Below are positions 24,251 through 36,403 of a stretch of DNA of 64,000 nt, piece by piece. The DNA is from Anthoceros angustus. Its lineage: Eukaryota; Plantae; Anthocerotophyta. How positions within the stretch are numbered: the first letter of the stretch is position 1; each line of letters begins with the position of its first letter. Under the pieces are notes generated by a model. That model did no database searches. It was not told the origin of the DNA and was given only the letters and a program-made list of their open reading frames with translations. A program made the position numbers and the translations under genes. Where the stretch lies: assembly GCA_010909165.1 (NCBI GenBank), contig MU008166.1, positions 868,001-932,000 on the forward strand, written 5' to 3'.

Positions 24251-25655
24251 TGGGGTGAACGAATTTTTCCTCTCTCTATTTTATAATAAAGTCTTCTTTC
24301 CCCCACTGATGCTGAGAACAGCCCGATTAGAAACGAGCACCGCCCTAACTAAACTGAAGTTAGGGTTTCGTCCACGCCACGAAGCGCTGGCTTTGAAGTT
24401 TGGAGAGTCACTTTACGAGCCAGGTTGAGCGCTTGGATGAGAGAGCTAGCTTTGGTTTTGTGTGGAGAATAGATGCGGTAGCCAAGCAGCGTCTATGTCT
24501 AAGATTCCACATTGTACTTTATTGTAAATGAAGAGCAACAGCTTGAGGAGGTGGCCTGCGAGTCGTCAAGGATGCGGGCTGGTTGAAGCTTAGCACGCTA
24601 TTGAGAGGAAGATAGCTTTGTGGGGTTGCACTCCCCTTGAGCTTAGCAGTGAGTTGGCAAGACCCAAGGCCTTGTGTTGCTTTCACCTGTCACAATTTCA
24701 ATGGCGCACAGTAGAGGGTGTCTGAATTATTTATCGATTAAAACTGTAATTTATCCAAAACTACTAAAAGCTCTCCTTCGCGGCAAGAGACAGAAGTCAC
24801 GACACTGTGGATGGGAGTTTGGGGTGTGCCTGGCTGGGGTCCTGCTTTTTGGAGTTTCTTCCTCCCCCTATCAAGGGGCAGTTTCATCTGGACAGGGAAG
24901 CGTGGCTGTCTGATGAGACAGAAAATCCTCTACTATCAACTGGTGAAATGTCACCTAGAAATGACTAGATATGAGCATCTTTGACGAGCGATTGCAGGCT
25001 GGTGAGATGTCCCACCTCTTCAGTTTGCGGAGGCCAGCATTCTCGGTTGGGATGCAGTTTTATACACCTACACAAGAATGACGCAGTCATGCTCAGTAAC
25101 AGCAACAATGCATCCAAGAAAGAGTTAGTAGCCAGCAGCGCACCTTTTCTAATGGAATGCATAGCATCGGGAGGAAATGCGTAGCATTTCCTCCCTTGAA
25201 ACGCTAGCCCACAGTCGAGCCTTTCCACGAGGTCATGCACGTGCAAGCTTCATAATTCCATGGGAACCCTTAAGAAACTTAGGAAATGCACCAACCAAAG
25301 GGCGATCAGGTAAGTGCTGTGTGGGGCCAAGCATGTGGCCCTTCTTTAGCATTGTGCCACCTAGTCAGTTGTCTGTTTCATGCCCAGCTCGTTGTGGGGC
25401 TAAGGGCAGTTAACCCATCGTCTTCGCATCGCAGTAGTTCACGTCATTGGGGTGCTCTGTTGGCGTGGTGTCCCTGTGTGTCGAAGGAAAAGAGGAGTGT
25501 TTTGTGCGTTAGGGACAGCGACGCTGAGGTAGGCTAGCTTTTGTGAACTCTCGTTTCTCGAACTTCCAGGACACCGGGATGGTTTTAAGGAGGTCACCAA
25601 GCTTGCATGTCTCTCAGATTGTGGGCTGATTTTGTGAAGGTGAGGCGAGGCGAAG

Positions 25656-27424
25656 ATGGAGGTCCTTCCTAAATGTGCTGCCAACTATGTCCCTTTGACC
25701 CCTTTGCAGTTCATAGAGAGGTCGGCTCTGGTCTTTCCAGACCGAACTTCTGTCATCTACGGCAATCTGACCTACACATGGGCACAGACCTACGAACGGT
25801 GTCGTCGACTGGCCTCTGCCCTTGCTTCTCGTTCTGTAGTCAGAGGTGACAGGGTGTGGTCTCTGATTCTCTGTCCGATTCTTGATTCTTCAGGGTTAAG
25901 GTTCTGCTGATGAGCCATGTGTTGTAGTACCTGAGCTGCTTGACTGATGTGCAGGTGGCAGTGCTGGCGCCCAACGTGCCAGTCATTTATGAGATGCACT
26001 TTGGGGTGGCTATGGCAGGAGCTGTGCTCACTCCCTTGAACTACCGGCTTGACGCCAATACCATCTCTGTGCTGTTGCGACATTCCGAGGCCAAGGCTGT
26101 GTTCGTGGACCACGCTCTCGTGCCAGTGGTGCATGAAGCTCTGAGCATTTGGCCATCTTTTCAGCGAAAGCCATGGATAGTGGTGGTGTATGACTGGGTG
26201 GATTCTCAAGTGGCTTCCAAGGGGTACGTACTGAGGCATGGAGAATTGGAGTACGAAGCATTGTTGAGTGGGGGTGATGCAAAGTTTGAGATCACGTGGC
26301 CTGAAGATGAGAACTTCCCTATCTCTCTGAACTATACCTCGGGTACCACGGCAAGCCCGAAGGGTGTTCTCTACAGCCACAGAGCAGGATACCTCAATGC
26401 CGTGACATCAGTAATACAAGCTGGAATGCACAGGGGCAAGGACGTGGTGTACTTGTGGTCAGTTCCCATGTTTCACTGCAATGGATGGTGCTTCACTTGG
26501 GGCGTCGCAGCCCTTTCTGGTAAGAATGTCTGTTTGAGGCAGGTAACTGCTGCGACTATCTTCAATGCCATAGCCACGCATGGGGTGACCCATCTTGGGG
26601 GCGCCCCTGTGGTGATGAATATGATCATCAATGCACAGCCGCATGAGCAGAAACCTCTGCCGGGACCGGTAGGAATGACTGTGGGAGCAGCACCGCCACC
26701 TGCTGCAGTTCTTGCCAAGATGGAGCAGGCAGGCTTCGACATCACCCATGGGTATGGGCTCACCGAGGTCGGAGGCCCCGCCGTATTATGCGATTGGAAG
26801 ACAGAATGGGACGTTCTCCCTCTTGAGCAGAGAGCAGCTCTCAAATCCAGGCAGGGTGTGAAGCACATTGGCCTTGCAGATGCTACTGTCATGGATCCGA
26901 CCACCATGACTCGTGTACCCAGCGATGGAAAAACTTTGGGGGAAGTGATGTTGCGTGGAAGCACCGTCATGTCGGGCTACTTCAAGGATGTGGAAGCTAC
27001 CAACGAAACCTTCCGCGGAGGATGGTTCCATACGGGTGATATCGCGGTGATGCATCCCGACGGCTACATGGAGCTGAAAGACAGATCCAAGGATATCATC
27101 ATCTCGGGAGGGGAGAATATCAGCAGTATTGAGGTAGAGTCTGTCTTGTTCTCCCACCCTCACATTCTAGAAGCTGCCGTGGTAGCCCGCCCGGATGAAC
27201 GGTGGGGGGAAACACCATGTGCCTTCGTCACCCTCAAACCTGGTTCTCCCCCACTTTCTGAAGCCGACTTCATTCAGTATTGCCGCACCCATTTGCCTCA
27301 CTATATGGTCCCTAAAACTGTTGTGTTTGGGGATTTGCCTAAGACCACCACAGGCAAGGTTCAGAAATTTGAGCTCAGGGCAAGAGCAAAGGCTCTGAAC
27401 AAGCCACCCATCAGCAGGCTGTAG
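25656..27424 (+). CDS. Peroxisomal acyl-activating enzyme (clade I AAE, AMP-binding). Exons 25656-25853 and 25955-27424
   Basis: ANYVPLTPL, YTSGTTASPKG, PMFHCNGW, HGYGLTE, GWFHTGD, DRSKDIIISGGENISS, PKTTTGKVQK, and PTS1 SRL. Confidence 0.95.
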
Positions 27425-28105
27425 CCGTAAAACTCCTCCCTCGGCTTGGCTGTACGAGTAGATATATTTATTTGTATCGACCAGCTTGATGAGACACATT
27501 TATTTATAACATCCAGAACAATCCATGCACGCTCTGCAATTGCACTTGCCTTTGTCTTCGGAACCATGAGCTCTGATTGGGCAGCCAGAGGAGATGGTCT
27601 TTGTCTATGGGCCGTACTCTTATGCTTGTGATGCTGTGGGAGGAACCACAAGCTGTGAGAGCAATGCCGGACACGGAACGGTCACACGTCCGGATGGTGG
27701 AACCAAAACCTCTCCGGAGCAACCAGAATCCTCGCTTTTCGTGACCGTGAATCAGTACTCCGAAAAGCAAGCAGAACCATTTCTGTGCCATTGTGGTGGA
27801 AGCACCCACTTTGCACAGCAACCGAAGTCTTTTGAGGCTTACAGGGTCGCAGTCCGAGGAATCGCTCTTTCCTGTCCCTTGCACATTTTGATTGCAATTT
27901 GGCAAGATGCTGGGCAGAGAAGCTTTCCAGTTCACTGGGTGATTGGCATCGTTGTGGCGTAGTCAGGGCTGTGGAACTTGCCAAACGCCTGATGCCAGCG
28001 CATGAAATGGGGATGCTGGGTCTCACCTCTGCAGCACCGCAATGGAGCGTGAGGGGTCGGTGCGACTTGTAGGGACGACTCAAAGTGGGCCAGCACTGAG
28101 GGGCC

Positions 28106-30499
28106 ATGGCAGATCCCGTCCACGCTGGGATGCAATGGCCACCGTCAACGGTGTTCGATTGGACGGTGGTCATTTCTGCATACTGCAAGGGTGGACAAAG
28201 TCGGAAGGCTCTGAGTATGTATGATCAAATGCAACGTGCAGGGGTGCAACCGAACAAATACACTTTCAGGAGTGTGCTGAAAGCCTGTAGCAGCCTAACA
28301 GATTTGGAAGTGGGCAGGCGAATCCATGCCGACATTCTCAAATGCAGCACTGCCTGTGATGTATCGGTGAGCACCACTCTCCTTGATATGTATGCAAAAT
28401 GTGGGAGCATGGTGGAAGCACAGCATGTCTTTGACACGATGTCTCACAGAGATGTGGTGTCATGGAATGCATTGATTGCAGGATATACACACCACAATCA
28501 GCCCGAGATGGCTCTGCAAATATTTTCCCGAATGGGAAGGGAGGGTGTCAGGCGGGATGCACGCACTTTTGTCAGCGTGCTGAAAGCCTGTGGCCGTCTT
28601 GCAGTCAGAGAAGAAGAGACGTTTGAAAAAGGCAGACCAGTCAAGGCTGGCTCCCTCAAGCAGGGGAAGATGATTCATGCTGAAGTTGTTCGATTTGGTT
28701 ACATGTCCAATCCTTTTATTGGTAGCACTCTCCTTCATATGTATGCAAACTGCGGGAGCATTGAGCTTGCGAGGGAGGTGTTTGATGGATTGACTAAGCG
28801 GGATGTAGTAGCATGGAATGCAATGCTCGCAGGATATGCTCAGCAGGGGGAGGGTGAAGAGGCCTTGCAACTGTTTGGGGAAATGCGAGAGCAAGGTGTG
28901 GCACCAAATGATCGGACATTTGTCAGTGTGTTTAAAGCTTGTGGCGGTCTTGCGGCCAAAGACAGGAGCACGGTGTTGAAGGGGCCAACTGGCAAGGCAA
29001 TCCTGCAAAAGGCTAAGGAGATACATGTTGAAGCTATGAGACGGGGTTACGAGTCAGATGTATTTGTTGGTAACACGTTGGTGCACATGTATGCAAACTT
29101 TGGGAAACTCGGAGATGCACGAGCTGTGTTTGACTCGTTGTGCCTACGGGATGTGGTCTCCTGGAATGCGATGATCGCAGGATACTCCCAGCAGGAACAA
29201 GGACAAGAGGCATTACAACTGTATGCTCAAATGCGAGAGGAGAACGTGGATCCCGATGACTGGACTTTTGTCAGCTTGATAGCAGCATGTAGCAGCTTGG
29301 CTGCCAAGGAAGGGGATACTCTTGTACATGGCGATCTACTGAAGCAGGAGGCACTGCAAAAGGGAAGGCGGATACATGAGGAAGTTGTCCGACGAGGTTA
29401 CAGGTCAGTATTTTTCCTTTCTAGTGCACTTGTGCACATGTATGCAACCTGTGGAAGCATTGCCGATTCAAGGCGCATTTTTGATACCTTGTCTCAGCGT
29501 GATGTGGTGACATGGAATTCAATGATCGAAGCATATGTGCAGCAGGACCAAAATGATGAAGCTGTCTTACTGTATGCCCAGATGAAAGAGGAACATGTGA
29601 GGCCAGATGAGGCTACGTTTCTGTCTGTCTTAAAAGCATGTGGCAACGCTGGAGCCTTGAAACTGTGCTCTCGTATAAACTGTGACATTGTGGATGTTGG
29701 ATTGCAGCGAAGTGTTATTGTGGGGAATTCTCTGGTTCATGTGTATGGAAAATGTGGAGACACACTCACAGCACGACACATTTTTGACTCTCTGCCTCGA
29801 AAGAACGTAGTCACTTGGAATACGCTTATTGCAGGATATGCTCGCCAAGGGCAATGTGAAACCAGCTTAGAATGTTATGAGGAGATGCAACTAGCGGGTG
29901 TGAAACCAGATGAAGTCACGTTTCTTTCACTCCTCTTGGCATGCAATCATGCAGGGATGGTGGATAACGGTCTGTACTACTTCCAGACCATGGGCCGGGA
30001 TCATGGCATTAGTGCAACCATGGAGCATTATGTCAGTATAGTCGACCTCCTTGGTCGTGCCGGGCTCTTCAGCAAGATTGAAGATCTACTACTCCAAATG
30101 CCTATGCAGCCTGACCTTTCGCTGTGGAAGTCATTGCTTGGGTCCTGCCGGAAGTATGGAAACGTGGAGCTTGGAAAACGAGCTTTCCAGGGAGCTGTAA
30201 GCCTCGATTCCACGAACTGTGCAGCATACGTACTAATGTCAAACATCTATTCTCACGCACTGAGATGGGACGATGCACAACAAGTCCAGCAACTGAGATT
30301 GTCGGCTGTAGGTTGGAAAAGGCCAGGTCAGAGTTGGATTGAGCACGAGGACAAGGTACACACATTTAAAGTGGGAAAGAACTGCCACCAACAAATTGGA
30401 GAGGTCTATAAGAAGCTAAAGGAGCTAAGTGCCCTGGTAGATGATGATATGTACATCCTGTCTAGCGATGAACTACTCAAGGATTGTGAGGCCAACTGA
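28106..30499 (+). CDS. PLS-class PPR protein with E/E+ domain and no DYW (organellar RNA-editing specificity factor)
   Basis: P-L-S triplets (DVVSWNALIAGY, TFVSVLKAC, TLLDMYAKCG), EHYVSIVDLLGRAG, E domain, PG box KRPGQSWIE. The ORF stops before the deaminase signature. Confidence 0.93.
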   Translation: MADPVHAGMQWPPSTVFDWTVVISAYCKGGQSRKALSMYDQMQRAGVQPNKYTFRSVLKACSSLTDLEVGRRIHADILKCSTACDVSVSTTLLDMYAKCGSMVEAQHVFDTMSHRDVVSWNALIAGYTHHNQPEMALQIFSRMGREGVRRDARTFVSVLKACGRLAVREEETFEKGRPVKAGSLKQGKMIHAEVVRFGYMSNPFIGSTLLHMYANCGSIELAREVFDGLTKRDVVAWNAMLAGYAQQGEGEEALQLFGEMREQGVAPNDRTFVSVFKACGGLAAKDRSTVLKGPTGKAILQKAKEIHVEAMRRGYESDVFVGNTLVHMYANFGKLGDARAVFDSLCLRDVVSWNAMIAGYSQQEQGQEALQLYAQMREENVDPDDWTFVSLIAACSSLAAKEGDTLVHGDLLKQEALQKGRRIHEEVVRRGYRSVFFLSSALVHMYATCGSIADSRRIFDTLSQRDVVTWNSMIEAYVQQDQNDEAVLLYAQMKEEHVRPDEATFLSVLKACGNAGALKLCSRINCDIVDVGLQRSVIVGNSLVHVYGKCGDTLTARHIFDSLPRKNVVTWNTLIAGYARQGQCETSLECYEEMQLAGVKPDEVTFLSLLLACNHAGMVDNGLYYFQTMGRDHGISATMEHYVSIVDLLGRAGLFSKIEDLLLQMPMQPDLSLWKSLLGSCRKYGNVELGKRAFQGAVSLDSTNCAAYVLMSNIYSHALRWDDAQQVQQLRLSAVGWKRPGQSWIEHEDKVHTFKVGKNCHQQIGEVYKKLKELSALVDDDMYILSSDELLKDCEAN

Positions 30500-31438
30500 G
30501 ATGACATGCCGCTGATAATTATCTAGCAGTTAGCTACTGATGGAGTTTGAAGCCTATTCTGCTGATAATCAATCATACATTCCTGATGTGTGCTCAAGGA
30601 CTGATGCAACCAAGCTTCCAGAAAGGGCAGGCGTGATGACATCTACATGTCTCAGCATGACAAGGAAAATCACAGTCTCGTATTGCAGGGATAAGGAGAC
30701 ACGGGCATGAGGATCCGAGCAAGGGGTTGTCCACACCCATTTGGGTTTGTTTCCACAACCCTGCCAGAATCTCCTAAAGAAGTCTTCCAGCTTTTCCGCA
30801 TCGCCTTATTCGTGGTCCCTGAGACGTTTGTCTTTGAGACTTGCGGACTATCTCAACAGGCAACCTCCAAAAATGCAGTTCGAGGGCACTAGCCCAGGCT
30901 CTGACCTGACCACTTATTCACAATCTCTGTCCTTCATATGTTTTGTGCCATATCTATGCTACACGATTATGCTAGTGAAACCCACGCTACAGGTTACTTT
31001 GAAGCTGCAGAGTCACTTGTCACCTCCACACGTTTCTACAGCCCAATGTGTCAAACGTGTAGCTGCTTGACTGGTGACTAGCTTCGCCTTGGAGCGCGGA
31101 TTCCTATGTCAGGGGTGGAAGGTCTCCGTTCAGGAATTGCAGGTGATGTGGAAGACTGCTGCTGTTTATCCCTCCGCATGCGATGGAATGCGGAGGGTAT
31201 CTCTTTGCCGTGCTCCGCGGAACACGTCGTGCTAAGTGTAGAAGCTTTTCGATGTGACAAGGAACTGAAATCCTAGCTGAGGCTGGGGGGCTGGCCCTGA
31301 GCTCTTCTTCGAAAGCCCGGCGCGGCTGTAGGACTCAGGAGGATACGTGCGCCAAGAAGTACTGAGGTCGTGAAGCTTCCTGCTCCAACAGCGATCGCAA
31401 CGCTGTACTTGGTCTAAGCGCGGATTCATCGGTTGGCG

Positions 31439-31969
31439 ATGGAAGCCGGAACCCTGGTCTGCAACAGCAGACTGCGTTTGTCTCCGAGAGCATCTGGTTT
31501 CATGTTAGGCCGGCTGGTTCGGGGCAAAGGCAAAAACTGGTCGACAAGTGAAAGCAGGAAGTGCGGAACACAGTGGCTGTGCAAAGCAGGGGATCGCAGT
31601 GGGGATCCGGTGACGGCTGATTCGGAGCTGGCCAAGCCACAGCTTTCCTCGAGCCTGACTGATGGAGATGAACTTGCTTCGGCCGGCAGCAGAGAGGTAG
31701 GAGGGGACAAGTCTAGGGCGTCTGCGAGTGCTCCCATCTCCAAACCTCCTCCAAGCAAATCTTCCCTGCAGTGGCATGCCCTCTATCACAAGGTGCTTAT
31801 GGCCAGAAGGTTTTCCGTGATGAAGGAGCAGGTGGCGACTTTCATGGCTCCTCGTGAGAAAGGGGATATGAGGGATGTTGTTCTCATGAGTCTTTCATTT
31901 GCTGTCCTCGTTTACATTTCTCAGCGCTTGGTCTGTGTGTACTGCCTGCTTCGTTCATCGCACTTCTGA
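31439..31969 (+). CDS. Small uncharacterised protein with a transit-peptide-like N-terminus and C-terminal TM helix
   Basis: R/S-rich N-terminus and a conserved-looking C-terminus PREKGDMRDVVLMSLSFAVLVYISQRLVC. Confidence 0.65.
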   Translation: MEAGTLVCNSRLRLSPRASGFMLGRLVRGKGKNWSTSESRKCGTQWLCKAGDRSGDPVTADSELAKPQLSSSLTDGDELASAGSREVGGDKSRASASAPISKPPPSKSSLQWHALYHKVLMARRFSVMKEQVATFMAPREKGDMRDVVLMSLSFAVLVYISQRLVCVYCLLRSSHF

Positions 31970-32520
31970 TTTTCGTTCGACGCAGATATTTATTATTATT
32001 CATTTGTTCATATGTTAGGCCAGGCAGTCGCTTCGGAGAGTTACTATGTCATTGCCACGAACGTGTGAAGTAGGTATATACCTACTACCGTATGTGCCTA
32101 TGTACCTACCTAGTGGAAAGGTGGCGCGAACGGGCATTTCGCGCCCAACAGCTACGACAAAATAATATGTACACACACCTATTTGATAATTAATTTCTAT
32201 AATATTTTTGTAACAAGTATATATTTAATGATTTTTGTACAACCATAAAATGGTAGCAGCTAGTAACACCCCCTTTTCAGGGAGGTGGGGCAGTCATGCA
32301 GTTAGCGACAAAAACATTATCAGACACCAGCATTAGGCCTCCAAGTGGCCCGCCGTCCTTCCACGGGGACGACTCGCAGTCGGCACGTCTACCGCTGCTG
32401 TTTATTCCAGCAAGAGTCAACAAGAATACATGAGAGATCAGAGAGAGCTCCCCATCTTTGCCTAAGCTAAGAGCTTAGCTCTCTCCCCTCGATCTCCTCC
32501 TCAACAGCTCTCCTCTAGCA

Positions 32521-32780
32521 CGCTCACACTCTAGGCTCCCAAGGCCTCTAGGCACCACAATCCTATCCTCACAAGAGTGTAGCCCCCAAGTGCTAGGATC
32601 CTTCTAGACATGCTCACACTCTAGGCTCCCAAGGCCTCTAGGCACCACAATCCTATTCTCACAAGAGTGGAGCCCCCAAGTGCTAGGATCCTTCTAGACA
32701 TGCTCACACTCCAGGCTCCCAAGGCCTTTAGGCTCCAAAGTCCTATCCTCAAGAGTGTAGCTCCCCATGCTAGGATCACA
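32521..32780. repeat. Three tandem 90-bp repeats within an LTR-like remnant (~32260-32930)
   Basis: GCTCACACTCTAGGCTCCCAAGGCCTCTAGGCACCACAATCCTAT...GCTAGGATC at 32522, 32612 and 32702. Confidence 0.85.
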
Positions 32781-32969
32781 AGATGCTTCCCTAGGGCTAG
32801 CCTCATCTCCTTTTATAGGGAGGCTTACATCATTTCCAAAGTAACTACTAAAAGCAGACTTTCTTCCTTAAGCCCTAAGTTAAGTCTTACCACCACTACT
32901 TACAACTTACTAACTAGATCCAGGGCTGCATGCCTCTCATGCAAGGCTTCTTACTCACCAAGATTTTTG

Positions 32970-33670
32970 GGAACGTAAATTACCCAAAGGGCAAGACCTA
33001 AACGAAATAGTTCCTCCGCACCATGAACTTCAAAATCTCACATTCTTGCAAATATCTTTTAACAATCGTGTGATCTACGGTTGTTAAGATTTGTTCAATG
33101 AAGATTGATGTTCCCCTTTATATAAGTATGGGTGCATGCATGTATATTACGGCGTGTGTTAACAAATGGATAACGAGATTTTCAAATTCATAGCCCGGGG
33201 AAACTATTTCGGTTAGGTGTCACCCTTTGGGAAATTTATGTGCCCTCTAGGGAAACCTGTAGGGAATAAGTAGAGAGGATGAATTCGTTAACACGCGCCG
33301 AAATACACATGCATACACTCATCCCTCTATAAAGGAGAACATCAATCTTCATTGAACAAACATGTAGATCAGAGGATTATTTAAAGATAGTTGAAAAAAT
33401 ATGAGATTTTGAAGTTCATGGCGCGGAGGAACTATTTCGGTTCAGGTGTCGCCCTTTGGGTAATTTACGTGCCCTGAAGGGAACAAGTATTGAGAATGAA
33501 TTCGTTAACACACCCATCCCTCTATAAAGGAGAACATCAATTTTGATTGAACAAACCTTAACAACCGTAGATCACAGGATTATGAAAAGTTACATGCAAG
33601 AAGAATGGATAACAAGATTTCGAAGTTCATAATCCGGAGCAGCAGTTTGGATTTAGGTCTCTCCCATTTA
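32970..33670. repeat. Long inverted repeat / foldback (arms ~32970-33167 and ~33283-33474) plus further partial direct copies
   Basis: ACGTAAATTACCCAAAGGGC...AAATAGTTCCTCCGCACCATGAACTTCAAAATCTCA pairs with TGAGATTTTGAAGTTCATGGCGCGGAGGAACTATTT...GCCCTTTGGGTAATTTACGT. Confidence 0.85.
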
Positions 33671-35167
33671 TACCCCATGAGAAACTACAAATTTGGTAGG
33701 TTTTCACCAGGCCTCCTGTTGGCAACTACCAAATTGGTAATTTCTCAATGGCTGTGTGCCAATTGCTATATTGGCATCTATTCCAGAAAGAGATAGCGCT
33801 GTTGATTTCCGTAAAATTCATTTATATCTAGCATTAATTAATCTAATGACTTATAATTAAGCAAGTAATTAGTATTAATTAATATGAAGTGGTTATGTTA
33901 ATTAAGCATTGATCAGTGTTAATTACACATGGTTAGCAATAGCTAAGTGGATAAACACAAGTTATATGCTTTAGCATATTCCTTGCATATTATAGTGTAT
34001 TCTTTGGATATTTCCGGTATATCCTGATGCCAATAGGATATCTTGGGAATATGCCAATGCCAAGGGCTAGTATATCTATATAAACCCTTTCACAAAGGAC
34101 AAGCTCACATCATAGCTTGTCCTTAGATATACAATGCACGACTGTTGTGAGGAGGCCAAAGTTATCACTCCGAGAGCCATGTGCGAGCAATTTGCGTGTT
34201 GTTCTCGTGGGGAGAGTGTGTTTGTGCCACAACGTGTGAGCTACTCTCTCCTAGGGTTACAAATTGGTTTGCACCTATATTTGCATATTAGATTTGTTTT
34301 GCTTGGTTGTCTGTCGAGGAAGTGCTCACATGAATGCAATTGCTCATCTCATGCGACAGGCCCCTTGGAGTGCGCCGCAATGCATCTGGCGCGGCGCTTG
34401 AGCTTGGTCCTCTCAACCCGAATCCAGGCCTCTCATTTCCTAATTCCTTGGGGATTACCACATCTTTAAGGCCTTCGTCTCGGGCATCGAGGAGGGCACC
34501 TTCCCCTTACATGCTTGTCCTTAAGATTGGCTAGGGGTGTCCTATCCTCTGAGGCTAGGGCGGTCATGCCGCATTCGTCTCGCTTCTGGACAGTCAGGCT
34601 TGGCCTCCCTCCATGAGAAGCGACGCATGCTGGCTCTGCTCCTGGATTTCTCCATTCCTTGACCAAGTTAGAAGTACAGACCGCGTTGGTTATGGTTACC
34701 TTAGCTAAACCCAGTGGTCATACCTTTGGTATCTAGTAGAAGAGGTACAACTCTTCGCATAGGCTATAAAAGCCCACCTCTTGTAATCAATTGTATCAAT
34801 TAGTAAAGCACTAAACCTTGATCAAACGCTCAAAGCACCTCAAACTTGGTATCGAGCATAGTTTGATTACTAAGTTCATCATGCATTATGATGTGAATCT
34901 AGATGTTCTTCTAATATGCAACGCCTTTCCAATGCTTTTGGTATTTGTAATAAGAAGCTATTTTATACTTATTCATAGTTTCTTTCATTCAACCAAACAT
35001 ATTTTACTAATAAAATAGTTTGGCTTCTTCTATGATTAACCTTTATATTCATTAAAGTTTCATGGCTCATTGCCACTCTCTCATTCTTCATCTTATTCTT
35101 TCTAGCATTCTACTCATTCTTCCTTGTACAAGACATTGTTCCTTATTGTTTTACATAAAGTTACAAC

Positions 35168-36232
35168 ATGGCAAGAAGAAACAATCACAAGAGTATTCAT
35201 GCTAAGAGAACTAGAGAATTAGAGAGGGAAAGTAGAAGAATTATGCAGTCTCGTCGATCCTACAAACATAGTCGATTTAATTCTTCTCTTTTCAATAACT
35301 TAGGGAGCAAGATAGCCTACATGCTATCCTACTTCTTCCTAGAAAACAATTTGGTGTCATCATCAGCAACAGGAGCTTTTAGCAAACAAACATCAGCAAG
35401 GCCTTGGTCCACCAGTGATGATCCTGATCTGCTTCGATGCTGTGGAGATATCTCAAGTGATGAGAATCAGAAGTCCTCGTCCTATCATTCACACAACAAG
35501 GAGACCAACTCACCATTTTATTCTCCAACCACACCAGTACAGAGTAATTCTTCGTCACACCATTCTAATCGATCAGGTCAGCATCATTCCACGGTTTCTG
35601 CTAAGAAACTCTATTATGCTGATGGAGCAACACCCTCAGCAAACACTCAACAAGTTACTCACAAAGTACTTCATAATGCAAATTCAACTAATCCTGATTG
35701 TACATGTGGTTCTGAGCGTACGTATGGGCAGCAATGTTTTCAAAACAAGCTCCAACTTGACGACTCACTCGGCCATCTCCTACAGCCTGCAAACCATGAA
35801 ACAACCTATCAACAAGTTCAAGTTGAGATTTCTGCTGCTGCAGATTTTCTTTCTCGATTCCGAAGAAATCAGCATGGTTTATCTCGAGATCTCACCGCCA
35901 CGCCTAGTGCAAATGCCCCATATCGCCATCGCCTTCAGATCAACATATCGGGGGTCCAACCACTGAAATTCAAAAGAAATCATTTGCAAATCCTAACAGC
36001 CATTCTTCTGCAAATCTCCGTCTTGAATCTCCTCACCGCTGCAATCTTACTCCATATGGTGCACCTCTCACGGCGATCGGATCCCATCCAAGACCGGTTC
36101 CAATCTCGAATCGACTCGGATCGAGGCGGTACTCTTCATGTTTTCGAGGCTAATTCGATTCATCGGTTGCGCACAATCTTTGGGCGATGGCGCCTTCTCC
36201 GGCCCCTGCATCTAGCGCCGAGGAAATGGTGA
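35168..36232 (+). CDS. Extra ORF of unknown function inside the copia element, between the PBS and gag
   Basis: 354-codon ORF with a basic N-terminus and S/H/N-rich middle; no recognisable motif. Confidence 0.35.
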   Translation: MARRNNHKSIHAKRTRELERESRRIMQSRRSYKHSRFNSSLFNNLGSKIAYMLSYFFLENNLVSSSATGAFSKQTSARPWSTSDDPDLLRCCGDISSDENQKSSSYHSHNKETNSPFYSPTTPVQSNSSSHHSNRSGQHHSTVSAKKLYYADGATPSANTQQVTHKVLHNANSTNPDCTCGSERTYGQQCFQNKLQLDDSLGHLLQPANHETTYQQVQVEISAAADFLSRFRRNQHGLSRDLTATPSANAPYRHRLQINISGVQPLKFKRNHLQILTAILLQISVLNLLTAAILLHMVHLSRRSDPIQDRFQSRIDSDRGGTLHVFEANSIHRLRTIFGRWRLLRPLHLAPRKW

Positions 36233-36299
36233 AGAGGGCCCCGGATCGATGGAGATTGGTCGGCCCGGGCGGTTGTGGCGTCCAGCGCCCGCTCAACCT

Positions 36300-36403
36300 C
36301 GGCACCCGTTCGCGAACGGTGCCCTAAAAACTCTTTTTCGGCACCCGTTCGCGAACGGTGCCCTAAAAACATTATTTTGGCACCCGTTCGCGAAACGGTG
36401 CCG
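36300..36403. repeat. Three tandem palindromes GGCACCCGTTCGCGAACGGTGCC, 39-bp period
   Basis: Directly visible. Each unit is nearly self-complementary around TTCGCGAA. Confidence 0.9.

Noticed and set aside
36300-36403. CRISPR-like palindromic repeat array
   Set aside because: Only three units with ~16 nt near-identical linkers, no cas genes, and located inside a eukaryotic retrotransposon.
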